From the NCBI GenBank assembly GCA_001822835.1, contig MHSS01000002.1, forward strand, positions 65,060-129,059: 64,000 nt of DNA, given 5' to 3'. The first letter of the stretch is position 1; each line of letters starts with the position of its first letter. The translations under genes and the position numbers were made by a program. A model generated the notes under the pieces. That model did not search any database. It was not told where the DNA came from and saw nothing but the letters and a program-made list of their open reading frames with translations. Origin of the DNA: Candidatus Terrybacteria bacterium RIFCSPHIGHO2_01_FULL_48_17 (GTDB taxonomy: Bacteria > Patescibacteriota > Minisyncoccia > Terrybacterales > 2-01-FULL-58-14). This document shows, one piece after another, positions 35,672-45,178 of the stretch.

Positions 35672-36702
35672 GCTTGTTTGGAAAGAATTTTTCTATAGAG
35701 CTTTTCGTATTCGTTTGTCATGCGCTCAAGCGAAAAGTGGCGCTCCGCAACCGCACGACACATGTGTCGCGATATCTCCGGGATTTTTGAAACGAGGCGC
35801 GCCATATGAAGCGTTGAGCGGGCAAAAAAACCGGTTTTGCCGTTTTCAATGATTTCAGGAACCGATCCTTCAGGAAATGCGAGTACGGGCGTGCCACAGG
35901 CGAGTGCCTCTATCATAACAAGCCCGAATGGTTCTCGGCGTAAGATCGGAAACAAAAGGGCGTCTGCTCCCTGCATGAGTTTTACCTTTTTGTCAAAATC
36001 TGCCTGTCCGATATAGATGATTTTTTCATTGAGACGCGGTTTAATTCTTCGCACAAAAAACTCCCAGCCGTCTTTTCCTACGATGTTTCCCGCAATAATT
36101 AATCTGCGTTTCGCAATGCGGGCGACCTCAATTGCTTCGATAACTCCTTTCTCTTCATCAATTTTTGAAAGGAACAGCAGATATCCCTCCGAGTGTTTGG
36201 AGAAAGGATAGCGCTCAAGCGGAAGGCCGTGGTAAATAACTTGTTCGATGGAAAGGGGAGATGCGCTTTGCGCTTGGTCTTTTGAAATGGCGACGAACTT
36301 GATGTTTTTTGCTTCTTGATAGAGGTGGTGGGTTTCGGGGTAAAGCGGACGATGCAGGGTTTGCACAATCGGGATGGTGAGTTGTCGTGCAAAGGGTGCA
36401 AAATAAAATCCAATGTGGCTATGGATGATGTCAAATTGATTGGCGTTTTCTGTAACTTTTTGAATTAAGTGAAGAATACATGCGTGGGGATCGCGCAGGG
36501 TTCGGTCGCGCCAAATCGCTTTGGGACACGAAGACACGAGGGTACCCGCTGTCTTGGAATCCCCTGATGCGAAAAGCGTAACGTGATGGCCGCGCGCAAT
36601 CAGCTCTTCGGTAAGAAGCGAGACGACATATTCTGTGCCGCCATGGGTAATTGGCGGCACGGGAACCCACACGGGCGCTATTTGTGCAATACGCAATGGC
36701 AC
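35668..36702 (-). CDS. glycosyltransferase family 4 (paralog)
   Basis: EPFGLVMIEALACGTPVLA signature; 4-nt overlap with the upstream gene. Confidence 0.85.
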   Translation of the reverse strand: MPLRIAQIAPVWVPVPPITHGGTEYVVSLLTEELIARGHHVTLFASGDSKTAGTLVSSCPKAIWRDRTLRDPHACILHLIQKVTENANQFDIIHSHIGFYFAPFARQLTIPIVQTLHRPLYPETHHLYQEAKNIKFVAISKDQAQSASPLSIEQVIYHGLPLERYPFSKHSEGYLLFLSKIDEEKGVIEAIEVARIAKRRLIIAGNIVGKDGWEFFVRRIKPRLNEKIIYIGQADFDKKVKLMQGADALLFPILRREPFGLVMIEALACGTPVLAFPEGSVPEIIENGKTGFFARSTLHMARLVSKIPEISRHMCRAVAERHFSLERMTNEYEKLYRKILSKQA

Positions 36703-36731
36703 AATAATAGTATAGCATAGCGTACAAGAAA

Positions 36732-36752
36732 TATCCCCGCGTGGGCGGGGAT
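36732..36752 (-). terminator. terminator hairpin abutting the stop of 36752-37153 (TCCCCGC-GTGG-GCGGGGA)
   Basis: 7-bp GC stem; T-rich on the minus strand downstream. Confidence 0.45.
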
Positions 36753-37153
36753 TATTTACCGTTTAAACATTTTCGGAGGCGGCGTTTCAAAAGCATATAC
36801 CGTTTTCGCGTTGTGAACTTGGGATCAAGCACGTATTGGCGCGTGCGTTCTTGCGGAGGGCTGAATAGAGCCCCATCGGGAAATTGCTTGCGCGTAAGAT
36901 CAATAACGCTGCCATCCGGAAGTTGATTAAAATAGTGGCTTATTGGTTCACTTACCTCCGGCACAAATACGTTGACGCGTAGCAGCGTTCCCCCAAATTG
37001 GTCTTGTACGATACATGCGGTAACGGCGCACTGTCCCCATGCCGGATTTTTTCTTGACCAATTATGAGGATCAGCGCTTGTAGCACGCGACCACGCTCTC
37101 TCCAAGAGTATCCCCAGTTCTTTAAACTCTCGTTCCTGTTTGTCTTGAGACAC
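36752..37153 (-). CDS. hypothetical protein
   Basis: 133-aa ORF, basic C-terminus; no confident family assignment. Confidence 0.45.
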   Translation of the reverse strand: MSQDKQEREFKELGILLERAWSRATSADPHNWSRKNPAWGQCAVTACIVQDQFGGTLLRVNVFVPEVSEPISHYFNQLPDGSVIDLTRKQFPDGALFSPPQERTRQYVLDPKFTTRKRYMLLKRRLRKCLNGK

Positions 37154-37168
37154 TGCGATCCTCCTTTT

Positions 37169-37678
37169 CTACCGTGCTCGTTTTATTTCTCGTTCCCCAA
37201 AAGCGACTTCAAACGAAGTAATAAGCGCCTGCTCTATTGAGAGTGAGGCGAAATCCCATCCCGCTTTATTGCGCGCCTTTACTTGCACAATAAGCTCTTT
37301 AATTTCAAAGAGCGCGCACAATCGTGCGCAAAGCGTACAGGATGCGTATGGTTCTTCGCGAATCCATGCTTCATCAGAAGGTCCCATGCCGCAAATCACA
37401 AGTGACGCACCAGAAGGATCGTGACCATTTCGTACCGTATCTCTAAGTGCAGCCCATTCGGCATGTATTGCTTCGCAACGTTCCGCTTTCCCGCGCGGCC
37501 TGATGTTTTTTCGGTATTCGCAACACTGGAAACGCGCAACGCAGGGATGGACTTTTTTGGTATATCCGCGGCCGATGACTTCGCCGTCTTTTATGAGCAA
37601 TGCACCAAATTTCATGAGTGTGCAATCAGATTGCGCGGCGAGCGCAAGACATTCTTCCGCAAGCGATCGTTTGAACAT
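37169..37678 (-). CDS. cytidine/deoxycytidylate deaminase family protein (dCMP deaminase-like)
   Basis: Zinc-binding H(A)E (CEAIHAEWAAL) and PC..C-like (SCTLCAR) motifs. Confidence 0.7.
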   Translation of the reverse strand: MFKRSLAEECLALAAQSDCTLMKFGALLIKDGEVIGRGYTKKVHPCVARFQCCEYRKNIRPRGKAERCEAIHAEWAALRDTVRNGHDPSGASLVICGMGPSDEAWIREEPYASCTLCARLCALFEIKELIVQVKARNKAGWDFASLSIEQALITSFEVAFGEREIKRAR

Positions 37679-37744
37679 CGGACAGCATCCGTTCTTTATT
37701 TTTCAAGGTTAGTTTTTGTGTAACACGGTCTTTTAAAAAAGAAA

Positions 37745-37789
37745 AGGCCGACCGAAAAGGAGTCGCCGCGATCAGCGGCGACTCCTTTT
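37745..37789 (-). terminator. rho-independent terminator 3' of tRNA-Pro (GGAGTCGCCGC-GATC-GCGGCGACTCC flanked by A/T runs)
   Basis: Perfect 11-bp stem with TTTTT (plus strand) and TTTTCGG (minus strand) on either side. Confidence 0.7.
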
Positions 37790-37863
37790 TGGTCGGGGTG
37801 GGGAGAATCGAACTCCCGCTACAAGACCCCCAGCCTTGCGTACTACCATTATACGACACCCCG
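37790..37863 (-). tRNA. tRNA-Pro (anticodon GGG), CCA encoded
   Basis: Hand-folded cloverleaf: acceptor CGGGGUG/CACCCCG, D arm GUAU/GUAC, anticodon loop CUGGGGG, T arm GGGAG-UUCGAUU-CUCCC, 3' ACCA. Confidence 0.8.
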
Positions 37864-37930
37864 AAGCCCGCCTCTGGCGGGAAACTCGAAATCCTAAATC
37901 CGAAATCCAAAATAAATCCAAAACAAAAAA

Positions 37931-37966
37931 TTCGTATATTCGTATCTATTCGTATTTCGTAGTATG
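37931..37966 (+). repeat. 36-nt TTCGTA-hexamer motif, copy 1 (ttcgtatattcgtatctattcgtatttcgtagtatg)
   Basis: Near-identical to the motifs at 40255-40290 and 45986-46020; here it lies between rpmB (minus strand) and tRNA-Pro. Confidence 0.7.
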
Positions 37967-37967
37967 G

Positions 37968-38180
37968 TCATCTTCCCTTTTTTGCTACTGTTCTCATGCA
38001 CTGGGTGCATGTCAAAAGACGAGTGCCTATGGCAAAACCCTTATATGTATACGGCAGCCGTAACCATTGGAGGTTTGGTTTTCTGTGAACAATTTTAGTG
38101 GGGTTATAGTGACCTCGGAGAAGTTTTCGTTTTCCACCCTTTAACCTCCCTTTGCCACATAATGCGCATTTTTTTTCCAT
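37968..38180 (-). CDS. rpmB: 50S ribosomal protein L28 (bL28)
   Basis: 70 aa, CxxC...CxxC zinc-ribbon L28 pattern with NP...NLQ core. Confidence 0.75.
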   Translation of the reverse strand: MEKKCALCGKGRLKGGKRKLLRGHYNPTKIVHRKPNLQWLRLPYTYKGFAIGTRLLTCTQCMRTVAKKGR

Positions 38181-38292
38181 AAAGTTTTGGTTATTGGGAT
38201 TTGGACATTTGGATTTTATCTGTTACCCTGTGTAAGGTAAACCCTATGCCTTATCCCTTATACCCTATACCCTATACTCTCATTTTTGCAAC

Positions 38293-38958
38293 ATGGATCC
38301 TATACTAGGCGGCCTTTTCACTAATGGGTTTAGTTTGGTGGTGATTCTTTTTTCTGCCATTTTGCATGAAGTCGCGCATGGCGCGATGGCATTGCGTTTG
38401 GGCGACCCTACGGCAAAATATGCAGGCCGTTTAACATTAAACCCTCTTAAACATTTAGACCCGTTCGGTTCGGTGCTTTTGCCGTTGCTGCTTATTCTTG
38501 CCCGTTCGCCCATTCTTTTTGGCTATGCGTTGCCCGTGCCGTACAACCCCTATTATTTCAAAAATCCAAAATGGGGAAGCGTATGGGTAGGGCTTGCCGG
38601 ACCCCTCACGAATATCCTTATTGCCGTTGTCTGTGCCGTGGGGTTGCGAATTCTCTTGGGCCTTGGCCTTACATTGCCGCCGCTTTTCCCGCTGCTGATA
38701 TTTTATGCGGTATTGTTAAATCTTTTTTTGGCATTGTTTAACTTAATCCCCATTCCTCCGCTTGACGGCTCAAAGTTACTCTTGGCAATATTTCCTGAAC
38801 CCCTTCGTGCATTGCAGGATTTTTTAAACCGGCTTGGAGTATTTGCCTTAGCGCTTTTGTTCCCCATACTTATTTTGGTGTTCGCCCCCATTCTTTCCCG
38901 TATTGCGATTACGGTAGCCGTATGGCTTATTGGAGGCCCGCTTCCAACCCCTCTCTAA
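38293..38958 (+). CDS. site-2 protease (peptidase M50) family membrane metalloprotease
   Basis: HEVAHG HExxH motif in the first TM helix, second motif LNL(F/I)P..PLDGS, polytopic. Confidence 0.8.
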   Translation: MDPILGGLFTNGFSLVVILFSAILHEVAHGAMALRLGDPTAKYAGRLTLNPLKHLDPFGSVLLPLLLILARSPILFGYALPVPYNPYYFKNPKWGSVWVGLAGPLTNILIAVVCAVGLRILLGLGLTLPPLFPLLIFYAVLLNLFLALFNLIPIPPLDGSKLLLAIFPEPLRALQDFLNRLGVFALALLFPILILVFAPILSRIAITVAVWLIGGPLPTPL

Positions 38959-39017
38959 TCCTTGCGTTTATATTTGGGATACTGTACCCTGTTTCCTGAA
39001 CCCTAAATCCTATTATC

Positions 39018-39428
39018 ATGCCTACTATCCACCAGCTTGTGAAAAGGCCGCGTAAAAGGGCGATCCGAAAATCGACTTCGCCCGCATTGGAATATTCGTT
39101 TAATGCCATTAAAAACCGACCCACGTTTCATGCCTCTCCTTTCAAACGCGGCGTGTGTATCAAGGTAACGACTGTTACGCCCAAAAAACCAAATTCTGCG
39201 TTGCGCAAAGTTGCGCGCGTACGTTTGTCAAACGGCATGGAAGTGACGGCATATATTCCGGGTGAAGGGCATACGCTGCAAGAGCACTCGATGGTGGTAA
39301 TTCGCGGCGGGCGCGTGAAAGATTTGCCCGGCGTGCGGTATCACGTGGTGAGGGGCGTTTTGGACGCTTCTGGGGTTGAGGGAAGAAAGCGGCGAAGAAG
39401 CAAGTATGGTACAAAGCAGCCGAAATAA
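39018..39428 (+). CDS. rpsL: 30S ribosomal protein S12 (with about 13-aa insertion near the N-terminus)
   Basis: [11 protein letters not shown]...[13 protein letters not shown] core; extra segment [13 protein letters not shown] between PAL and KRGVC. Confidence 0.92.
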   Translation: MPTIHQLVKRPRKRAIRKSTSPALEYSFNAIKNRPTFHASPFKRGVCIKVTTVTPKKPNSALRKVARVRLSNGMEVTAYIPGEGHTLQEHSMVVIRGGRVKDLPGVRYHVVRGVLDASGVEGRKRRRSKYGTKQPK

Positions 39429-39447
39429 TTAAGAAACAACTTTCATT

Positions 39448-39933
39448 TTGTGGTTTTTAAGTATGCGCAGGAACCGTAAACTTCATAAAAGAGAACAACT
39501 TGATCGTTTGTATAACTCGCCGCTGGTGGGCAAGCTTATCAATTATGTAATGTACGACGGAAGGCGGCTTACCGCCGAGAGAGTTGTGTATGCGGCGCTT
39601 AAAGAGGCGGCAAAGCGCACGGAGAAAGAGCCGCTTGCGGTATTTGAGGAAGCGCTTAAAAATACGTCCCCCGTGCTTGAGGTGCGCTCACGGCGCGTAG
39701 GGGGCGCAACGTATCAGGTGCCGCGCGAGGTTCGAGGAGAGCGCAGAGTACAATTGTCGCTTCGGTGGATTGTGGCTGCATCCCGCGGACATAAAAAACG
39801 AAAGAATATGGCAGAGGCGTTAGCCGAAGAGTTGGCACTGGCAGCGCAAGGACAGGGAAGTGCGGTGAAAAAGCGGGAGGATATGCATAAAATGGCAGAG
39901 GCGAACAGGGCGTTTGCGCATTTTGCATGGTAG
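39448..39933 (+). CDS. rpsG: 30S ribosomal protein S7
   Basis: S7 signature (DGRRLTAE...ALKE; SRRVGGATYQVP). Confidence 0.92.
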   Translation: MWFLSMRRNRKLHKREQLDRLYNSPLVGKLINYVMYDGRRLTAERVVYAALKEAAKRTEKEPLAVFEEALKNTSPVLEVRSRRVGGATYQVPREVRGERRVQLSLRWIVAASRGHKKRKNMAEALAEELALAAQGQGSAVKKREDMHKMAEANRAFAHFAW

Positions 39934-40024
39934 CTTTGGCGCTCGGGTAGCCCGCCTCGCGTCTGCAGGGGACCCTTGCGTTCCCTAAGGCCGCTTCGGC
40001 GTGCCACCGCTCGCGCCAAAGCTC
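39934..40024. repeat. hairpin-rich intergenic repeat, copy B (arms gctttggcgctcggg / ccgctcgcgccaaagc; its core is shared with copy C)
   Basis: Begins at the nucleotide after the rpsG stop; about 75-nt core about 90% identical to 42463-42546. Confidence 0.7.
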
Positions 40025-40188
40025 TCTTTATCCGCATGCGCAAGGAGGAGGGGGAGAGAAAAAACTAACTCCACAGCTTCGCTCACGCTCAGCAAGATTT
40101 TCGGGACTTTTCAAAACGCACCCTTCGCGCCTTCTTAATTGGAGGGGTGCGCGGAAGCCGGAAAAGAAAGGGTAAGAAAAACGAAAGT

Positions 40189-40212
40189 AATCCGCGGTGC
40201 GGATTTTTATTT
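40189..40212 (+). terminator. terminator-like hairpin (AATCCGC-GGT-GCGGATT + TTTATTTGGG) between rpsG and fusA
   Basis: Stem with T-run; implies fusA is transcribed from its own promoter. Confidence 0.45.
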
Positions 40213-40220
40213 GGGAAAAT

Positions 40221-40255
40221 TTGACGTATACTGCTTGAAGCGTTATTGTTATAAT
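40221..40255 (+). promoter_or_regulatory. candidate sigma-70-type promoter for fusA (TTGACG-N17-TATTGT, then TATAAT)
   Basis: Same TTGACG-N17-TATT.T architecture as the candidate tuf promoter at 43274. Confidence 0.35.
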
Positions 40256-40290
40256 TCGTATATTCGTATTCATTCGTACTTCGTAGTATT
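40255..40290 (+). repeat. 36-nt TTCGTA-hexamer motif, copy 2, ending 5 nt before the fusA ATG
   Basis: ttcgtatattcgtattcattcgtacttcgtagtatt; no SD between the motif and the start codon. Confidence 0.7.
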
Positions 40291-40295
40291 TATTT

Positions 40296-42419
40296 ATGCC
40301 TCGACAATATCCAATAGAACGTCTTCGCGACATTGGCATCATTGCCCACATTGACGCGGGCAAGACAACCGTAACCGAACGGGTGCTTTTCTATACCGGG
40401 ATTTCTCACAAAATCGGGGAGGTGCATGAAGGGCAGGCCGTTATGGATTGGATGGAACAGGAGCGCGAACGTGGTATTACCATAACATCCGCCGCCACCA
40501 CTTGTTTTTGGATACCGCTTGAGTTTACCGGTCTTGTAGACCAAGCAGCGCGAAAAGCAAAAGAATTTCGGTTCAATATCATCGATACCCCGGGCCACGT
40601 TGACTTTACTATTGAAGTTGAGCGGTCATTGCGCGTGCTTGACGGGGGCGTGGTTGTATTTGATGGAGTTGCGGGGGTGGAGCCGCAGTCGGAAACCGTA
40701 TGGCATCAGGCAGACCGGTATCACGTTCCTCGTATTTGTTTCATTAACAAACTTGATCGCCTCGGGGCTTCATTTGAAAAATCGCTTGCATCAATTCACG
40801 AACGCTTAACCCCCCATGCCGTAGCGTTGCAGCTCCCTATTGGTATTGAGGATTCGTTTTCCGGCGTTGTTGATCTTTTGCTTGAAAAAGCAATTCGTTT
40901 TGAAGGGGAACACGGGGAGAAAGTAGTATATGGGGATATCCCTGAAAACATGAAAGCGGAGGTGCGAAAAGCGCGTGAAGCGCTTATTGAAAAAATTGTT
41001 GAGCATGACGATACGCTCATGGAAAAATATCTAGCAGGAGAGATGCCCTCGGTTGATGAGTTGCGCGCGGTTTTGCGAAAAGCAACCATTACAGGAAAGG
41101 TGATCCCGGTACTATGTGGCTCGGCCTTAAAAAACAAGGGTGTGCAGCCCTTGCTTGATGCGGTGGTTTATTATCTTCCGTCTCCACCCGAGCTTCCACC
41201 GGTTGAGGGTACGCACCCCAAAACCGAAGCGCAGGAAACCCGTGAGCCCGATGACAATATGCCCTTTGCCGCTTTGGCTTTTAAAGTTGCAACGGATCCT
41301 TATGTTGGGCAATTAACTTTCTTCCGTGTATATTCGGGAACCTTAGGTCGAGGATCTTACGTGTTAAATACTACTTCCGGCGAGAAAGAGCGGATTGGTC
41401 GCATTGTGCGCATGCATGCAAATACCCGAGAAGAGGTTGAGGAAATGTTTGCGGGAGATATCGGCGCAATCGTGGGACTCAAAAATACTTCTACCGGAGA
41501 TACGTTGTGTGCGCCAGAAAAACCAATTGTGCTTGAGCGTATTACCATTCCAGAACCCGTAATCTCCGTACGGATTGAACCAAAATCGAAAGCGGATGAA
41601 GAAAAACTTGGGATGGCGCTTCGCCGGCTTGCAGAAGAAGATCCCACGTTTCGTGTTTCCGGTGATCAAGAAACGGGTGATACGATTATTTCTGGAATGG
41701 GGGAGCTTCATCTTGAAATTATTGTCGACAGAATGAAACGCGAATTTTCCGTTGATGCAAATGTCGGCGCGCCACAAGTTGCATACAAAGAAACCGTTTT
41801 AACAACGGCGGAAGCGGAAGGAAAATATATTCGCCAGACGGGCGGGCGCGGGCAATACGGCCATGTATGGCTTCGGGTGGAGCCGACGGAGCGAGGATCG
41901 GGTTTTGAATTTGTTGATGCAATTAGGGGAGGAGTAATTCCTAACGAATTTATCCCTGCAGTTGGCAAGGGCGTGAAGGAGGCAATGGATAAAGGAATTG
42001 TGGCCGGTTACCCGATGGTGGATGCGAAAGTAACGCTTTATGACGGCTCGTACCATGACGTTGATTCTTCAGAGGCCGCGTTTAAAATCGCCGGCTCCAT
42101 GGCATTTCAGGAAGCAGCAAAACGGGCAAAGCCGGTTATGTTGGAACCGGTAATGAGCTTATCGGTGGTGGTACCAGAACAATTTTTGGGCGATATTACG
42201 GGGGATATTTCGTCCAGACGCGGCCGCATTGAGGAGCTTGGCGAGCGCGGACAAATGAAGGAGGTAGATTCAAAAGTGCCCTTGTCTGAAATGTTTGGCT
42301 ATGCCACGCAACTTCGCTCTATGACACAGGGAAGGGGAGCGTTTACCATGGAATTTTCACATTACGAGGAGGTGCCCGGGAATATTGCGCAGGAGATTGC
42401 GGCAGGGAAGCGGAGATAA
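40296..42419 (+). CDS. fusA: elongation factor G
   Basis: [10 protein letters not shown]1 motif, DTPGHVDF, full five-domain length (707 aa). Confidence 0.95.
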   Translation: MPRQYPIERLRDIGIIAHIDAGKTTVTERVLFYTGISHKIGEVHEGQAVMDWMEQERERGITITSAATTCFWIPLEFTGLVDQAARKAKEFRFNIIDTPGHVDFTIEVERSLRVLDGGVVVFDGVAGVEPQSETVWHQADRYHVPRICFINKLDRLGASFEKSLASIHERLTPHAVALQLPIGIEDSFSGVVDLLLEKAIRFEGEHGEKVVYGDIPENMKAEVRKAREALIEKIVEHDDTLMEKYLAGEMPSVDELRAVLRKATITGKVIPVLCGSALKNKGVQPLLDAVVYYLPSPPELPPVEGTHPKTEAQETREPDDNMPFAALAFKVATDPYVGQLTFFRVYSGTLGRGSYVLNTTSGEKERIGRIVRMHANTREEVEEMFAGDIGAIVGLKNTSTGDTLCAPEKPIVLERITIPEPVISVRIEPKSKADEEKLGMALRRLAEEDPTFRVSGDQETGDTIISGMGELHLEIIVDRMKREFSVDANVGAPQVAYKETVLTTAEAEGKYIRQTGGRGQYGHVWLRVEPTERGSGFEFVDAIRGGVIPNEFIPAVGKGVKEAMDKGIVAGYPMVDAKVTLYDGSYHDVDSSEAAFKIAGSMAFQEAAKRAKPVMLEPVMSLSVVVPEQFLGDITGDISSRRGRIEELGERGQMKEVDSKVPLSEMFGYATQLRSMTQGRGAFTMEFSHYEEVPGNIAQEIAAGKRR

Positions 42420-42420
42420 T

Positions 42421-42590
42421 GCTCGCGATAGCGCTTTTCGCTTTCTTCGGCTTGTCGATTTCTTGGGCGCTCGGGTAACCCGCCTCACGTCTGCAGGGTA
42501 CCCTTCCGTTCCCTAAGGCCGCTTGGCGGGCCACCGCTCGCGCCCAACAATTTTTGACCTCGTAACCCGCTCAAATCACTATCGCTCGCT
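42421..42590. repeat. hairpin-rich intergenic repeat, copy C (composite: arms like copy A, core like copy B)
   Basis: Starts 1 nt after the fusA stop; left arm gctcgcgatagcgcttttcgctttc matches copy A; right arm ctcgtaacccgctcaaa...atcgctcgc matches copy A 5170-5203. Confidence 0.7.
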
Positions 42591-42763
42591 AGAGAAATCG
42601 AGACGCTTTTCAAAACGCATCTTCTCGCGCCTAAGAATGAGGGAGGAAAAAAGAAGCCGCCGGTGGGCGGCTGTTGTTATCCCGAGCCGGGTCGAAGGAT
42701 TGATTTTTTTGATAGAAATGGTATATGATTTTTGCACGTTTAGAATTCGAAAAGGAGGATGTT

Positions 42764-43480
42764 ATGACTGCCCCGAATATCTATCTTCGCGCATGGTATG
42801 CGCGATACGGTTTCTCCGATGCCGAATCGTTTCGAGATGCTCTTCTTTCTTCTTTCTCGGGCGCGCCTCTTTTGTCACAGTTTCAGGAAAGGAAAATCGT
42901 GTTATTCCGCAGAACCCGAATATCGCATTTCGCCTTACTTGATGTCTATGACGATGGGTTTCATATTTTATTGAATCGAGAAAGAAGCGTACGCCAGTGG
43001 CTTGTTGACATCGGACACGAGCTTATTCATACGTTTCATTATGATCTTTCGACTCTTCCGCCAGTAAATCTGTTTCGAAAGATGTTCGGGGATCCCGATC
43101 CCGCGCTTGAATATTTTTGTGATTCTGTGGCACGCCGGTGGTTGTTGCAAGATCGGAACGCACGGGCATTGGTTGCACTCTTACGGTCGCAAAGATGGCA
43201 GGGCGAGGTGTTGTGGATTCCAAAACCGCTCCATATGGGCGGTTTCCCCTTTTTATGTATATATTGTAAGGGCTTGACGGATTGTTTTGCCTTGACTATT
43301 ATAATGGTTGCGCTGTATAACAGTGAAGTTAGCTTTATTAATGAAATCCCTCGATTGCGCAGTGATTGCAAAAGGAAGTCCCTCGTTTTGCTTGGGGATC
43401 TACTTTCGCAGCCACTCGCGAAGCTCGCGGGCGAAAGTAACATATGGCAGGAAAATTTGAACGCACCAAACCTCACGTAA
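42764..43480 (+). CDS. hypothetical HExxH protein (ImmA/IrrE- or SprT-like putative zinc metallopeptidase) inserted between fusA and tuf
   Basis: AAAAGGAGG SD 8 nt before the ATG at 42764; motif [13 protein letters not shown]; the 3' end overlaps the tuf start by 37 nt and contains the candidate tuf promoter, so the true stop may be earlier (possibly decayed). Confidence 0.45.
   Translation: MTAPNIYLRAWYARYGFSDAESFRDALLSSFSGAPLLSQFQERKIVLFRRTRISHFALLDVYDDGFHILLNRERSVRQWLVDIGHELIHTFHYDLSTLPPVNLFRKMFGDPDPALEYFCDSVARRWLLQDRNARALVALLRSQRWQGEVLWIPKPLHMGGFPFLCIYCKGLTDCFALTIIMVALYNSEVSFINEIPRLRSDCKRKSLVLLGDLLSQPLAKLAGESNIWQENLNAPNLT
43274..43305 (+). promoter_or_regulatory. candidate sigma-70-type promoter for tuf (TTGACG-N17-TATTATAAT)
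   Basis: Good -35/-10 with 17-nt spacer about 140 nt upstream of the tuf ATG. Confidence 0.4.
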
Positions 43481-44637
43481 ACGTAGGAACTGTTGGTCAC
43501 GTTGACCACGGCAAGACCACCCTGACTGCGGCAATCATGCACGGCCTGAAACTTAAAGGTCTTATTGACACCGCAGAATCGGTCGACCAGATCGATAATG
43601 CTCCCGAAGAGAAGGCGCGTGGTATTACCATAGCCCTTCACCACTCCGAATACGAAACAGAAAAGCGTCACTATGCACACATCGATGCTCCCGGACACGC
43701 CGACTATATTAAAAACATGATTACGGGGGCAGCCCAAATGGACGGTGCGGTTTTGGTGGTTTCTGCAGCCGACGGCCCGATGCCCCAGACGCGCGAACAT
43801 ATTCTTTTGGCGCGGCAGGTGGGAGTTCCTAAAATTATCGTCTTTTTGAATAAAGTTGACGCGGTTGACGATCCTGAATTTATTGATATTGCAGAATCGG
43901 AAGTGCGGGACCTTTTGAAAAAATATGAGTATCCTGGCGATGAAATTCCTGTGGTTAGGGGATCGGCGCTCAAAGCCCTTGAGGCAAAATCCGCGGATGA
44001 CGAGGCGGTAAAACCCATTTTTGAGCTTTTGGCAAAATTGGATGAGTATATTCCGGAACCGCAAAGAGATATCGACAAACCTTTCTTGATGCCCGTTGAG
44101 GATATTTTTTCCATTGAGGGTCGCGGAACAGTGGTTACCGGAAGGATCGAACGCGGGCTTATTAAGCTTAATGATGAGATAGAAGTCATTGGATTGCGGC
44201 CAACGCAAAAGACCGTGATTACGGGTATTGAGATGTTCCGCAAGAGCTTGGACGAAGGCCGGGCAGGGGATAATGCCGGACTCCTTTTACGAGGCCTTAA
44301 GAAGGAGGATGTCGAGCGCGGGCAGGTCCTTGCAAAGCCAGGAAGCGTTACCCCGCATACTGAATTTGAGTGCGAACTTTATGTGTTAACAAAAGATGAA
44401 GGCGGCCGCCATACGCCCTTCTTTACCGGTTACAAACCCCAGTTTTATATCCGAACGTGTGACGTGACTGGAGAGGTTACGCTTCCGGAGGGCACAGAAA
44501 TGGTGATGCCAGGAGATACGGTGTCGGTGAAATCGAAATTAATGGCTCCGGTTGCGCTGGAGGAGAAACAGCGGTTTGCGGTGCGCGAAGGCGGACGAAC
44601 TGTTGGTGCAGGAGTGGTTACAAAAATTATTCAATAA
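43444..44637 (+). CDS. tuf: elongation factor Tu
   Basis: [26 protein letters not shown] motifs; 397 aa. Confidence 0.97.
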   Translation: MAGKFERTKPHVNVGTVGHVDHGKTTLTAAIMHGLKLKGLIDTAESVDQIDNAPEEKARGITIALHHSEYETEKRHYAHIDAPGHADYIKNMITGAAQMDGAVLVVSAADGPMPQTREHILLARQVGVPKIIVFLNKVDAVDDPEFIDIAESEVRDLLKKYEYPGDEIPVVRGSALKALEAKSADDEAVKPIFELLAKLDEYIPEPQRDIDKPFLMPVEDIFSIEGRGTVVTGRIERGLIKLNDEIEVIGLRPTQKTVITGIEMFRKSLDEGRAGDNAGLLLRGLKKEDVERGQVLAKPGSVTPHTEFECELYVLTKDEGGRHTPFFTGYKPQFYIRTCDVTGEVTLPEGTEMVMPGDTVSVKSKLMAPVALEEKQRFAVREGGRTVGAGVVTKIIQ

Positions 44638-44711
44638 TACACACCATTGATTTGCGCTAGGGTGATAACGGGGCGCGCTGTTCTTTGAGGTGATATTTTA
44701 TCCGTTTTTAC

Positions 44712-45074
44712 ATGGCCGATGCTCCCTTAAAGGAAAAGAAAACAAAAGCGGTGCCGGAGATCGAAACGACACCAAAGCTACGTATTAAAGTTCGGGCATA
44801 CGACCATAAGGTTTTGGACAATTCGTGCCGACAAATTGTGGAAACGGCGTTGCGCGCAAATGCGGAAGTATATGGTCCGGTACCTTTACCCACGGAGTTT
44901 CATCGTTACACCGTAAACCGTTCCACGTTTGTGCACAAAGATGCACAGGAGCAATTCGAAATTCGTGTTCATCGTCGCCTCATTGATATCGTAAACCCTT
45001 CCCAGAAACTTATCGATGCGCTCACCAATTTGACCTTGCCAACCGGTGTTGATGTTGAGATAAAGGCCGTTTAA
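44712..45074 (+). CDS. rpsJ: 30S ribosomal protein S10
   Basis: S10 core ([14 protein letters not shown]...GPVPLPT...[10 protein letters not shown]). Confidence 0.92.
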   Translation: MADAPLKEKKTKAVPEIETTPKLRIKVRAYDHKVLDNSCRQIVETALRANAEVYGPVPLPTEFHRYTVNRSTFVHKDAQEQFEIRVHRRLIDIVNPSQKLIDALTNLTLPTGVDVEIKAV

Positions 45075-45178
45075 GTATTTCTTTTAGAAACATGCGAATG
45101 AACTAGTATGCACTGTTGAGTCGCGAGAGCCAGGCCCGCTCCGGCGGGCTTTCTTTATGCCCGCGGCATTTAAACATT

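Noticed and set aside
37836-38063. 75-aa plus-strand ORF spanning the tRNA-Pro/rpmB region
   Set aside because: Overlaps the tRNA gene and rpmB on the opposite strand. Low-complexity translation; spurious.
43039-44208. 389-aa minus-strand ORF antisense to tuf (and similar long antisense ORFs inside fusA, leuS, glmS and secY)
   Set aside because: Fully contained in well-supported conserved genes on the other strand. Such antisense ORFs arise from codon bias and are not credible genes.
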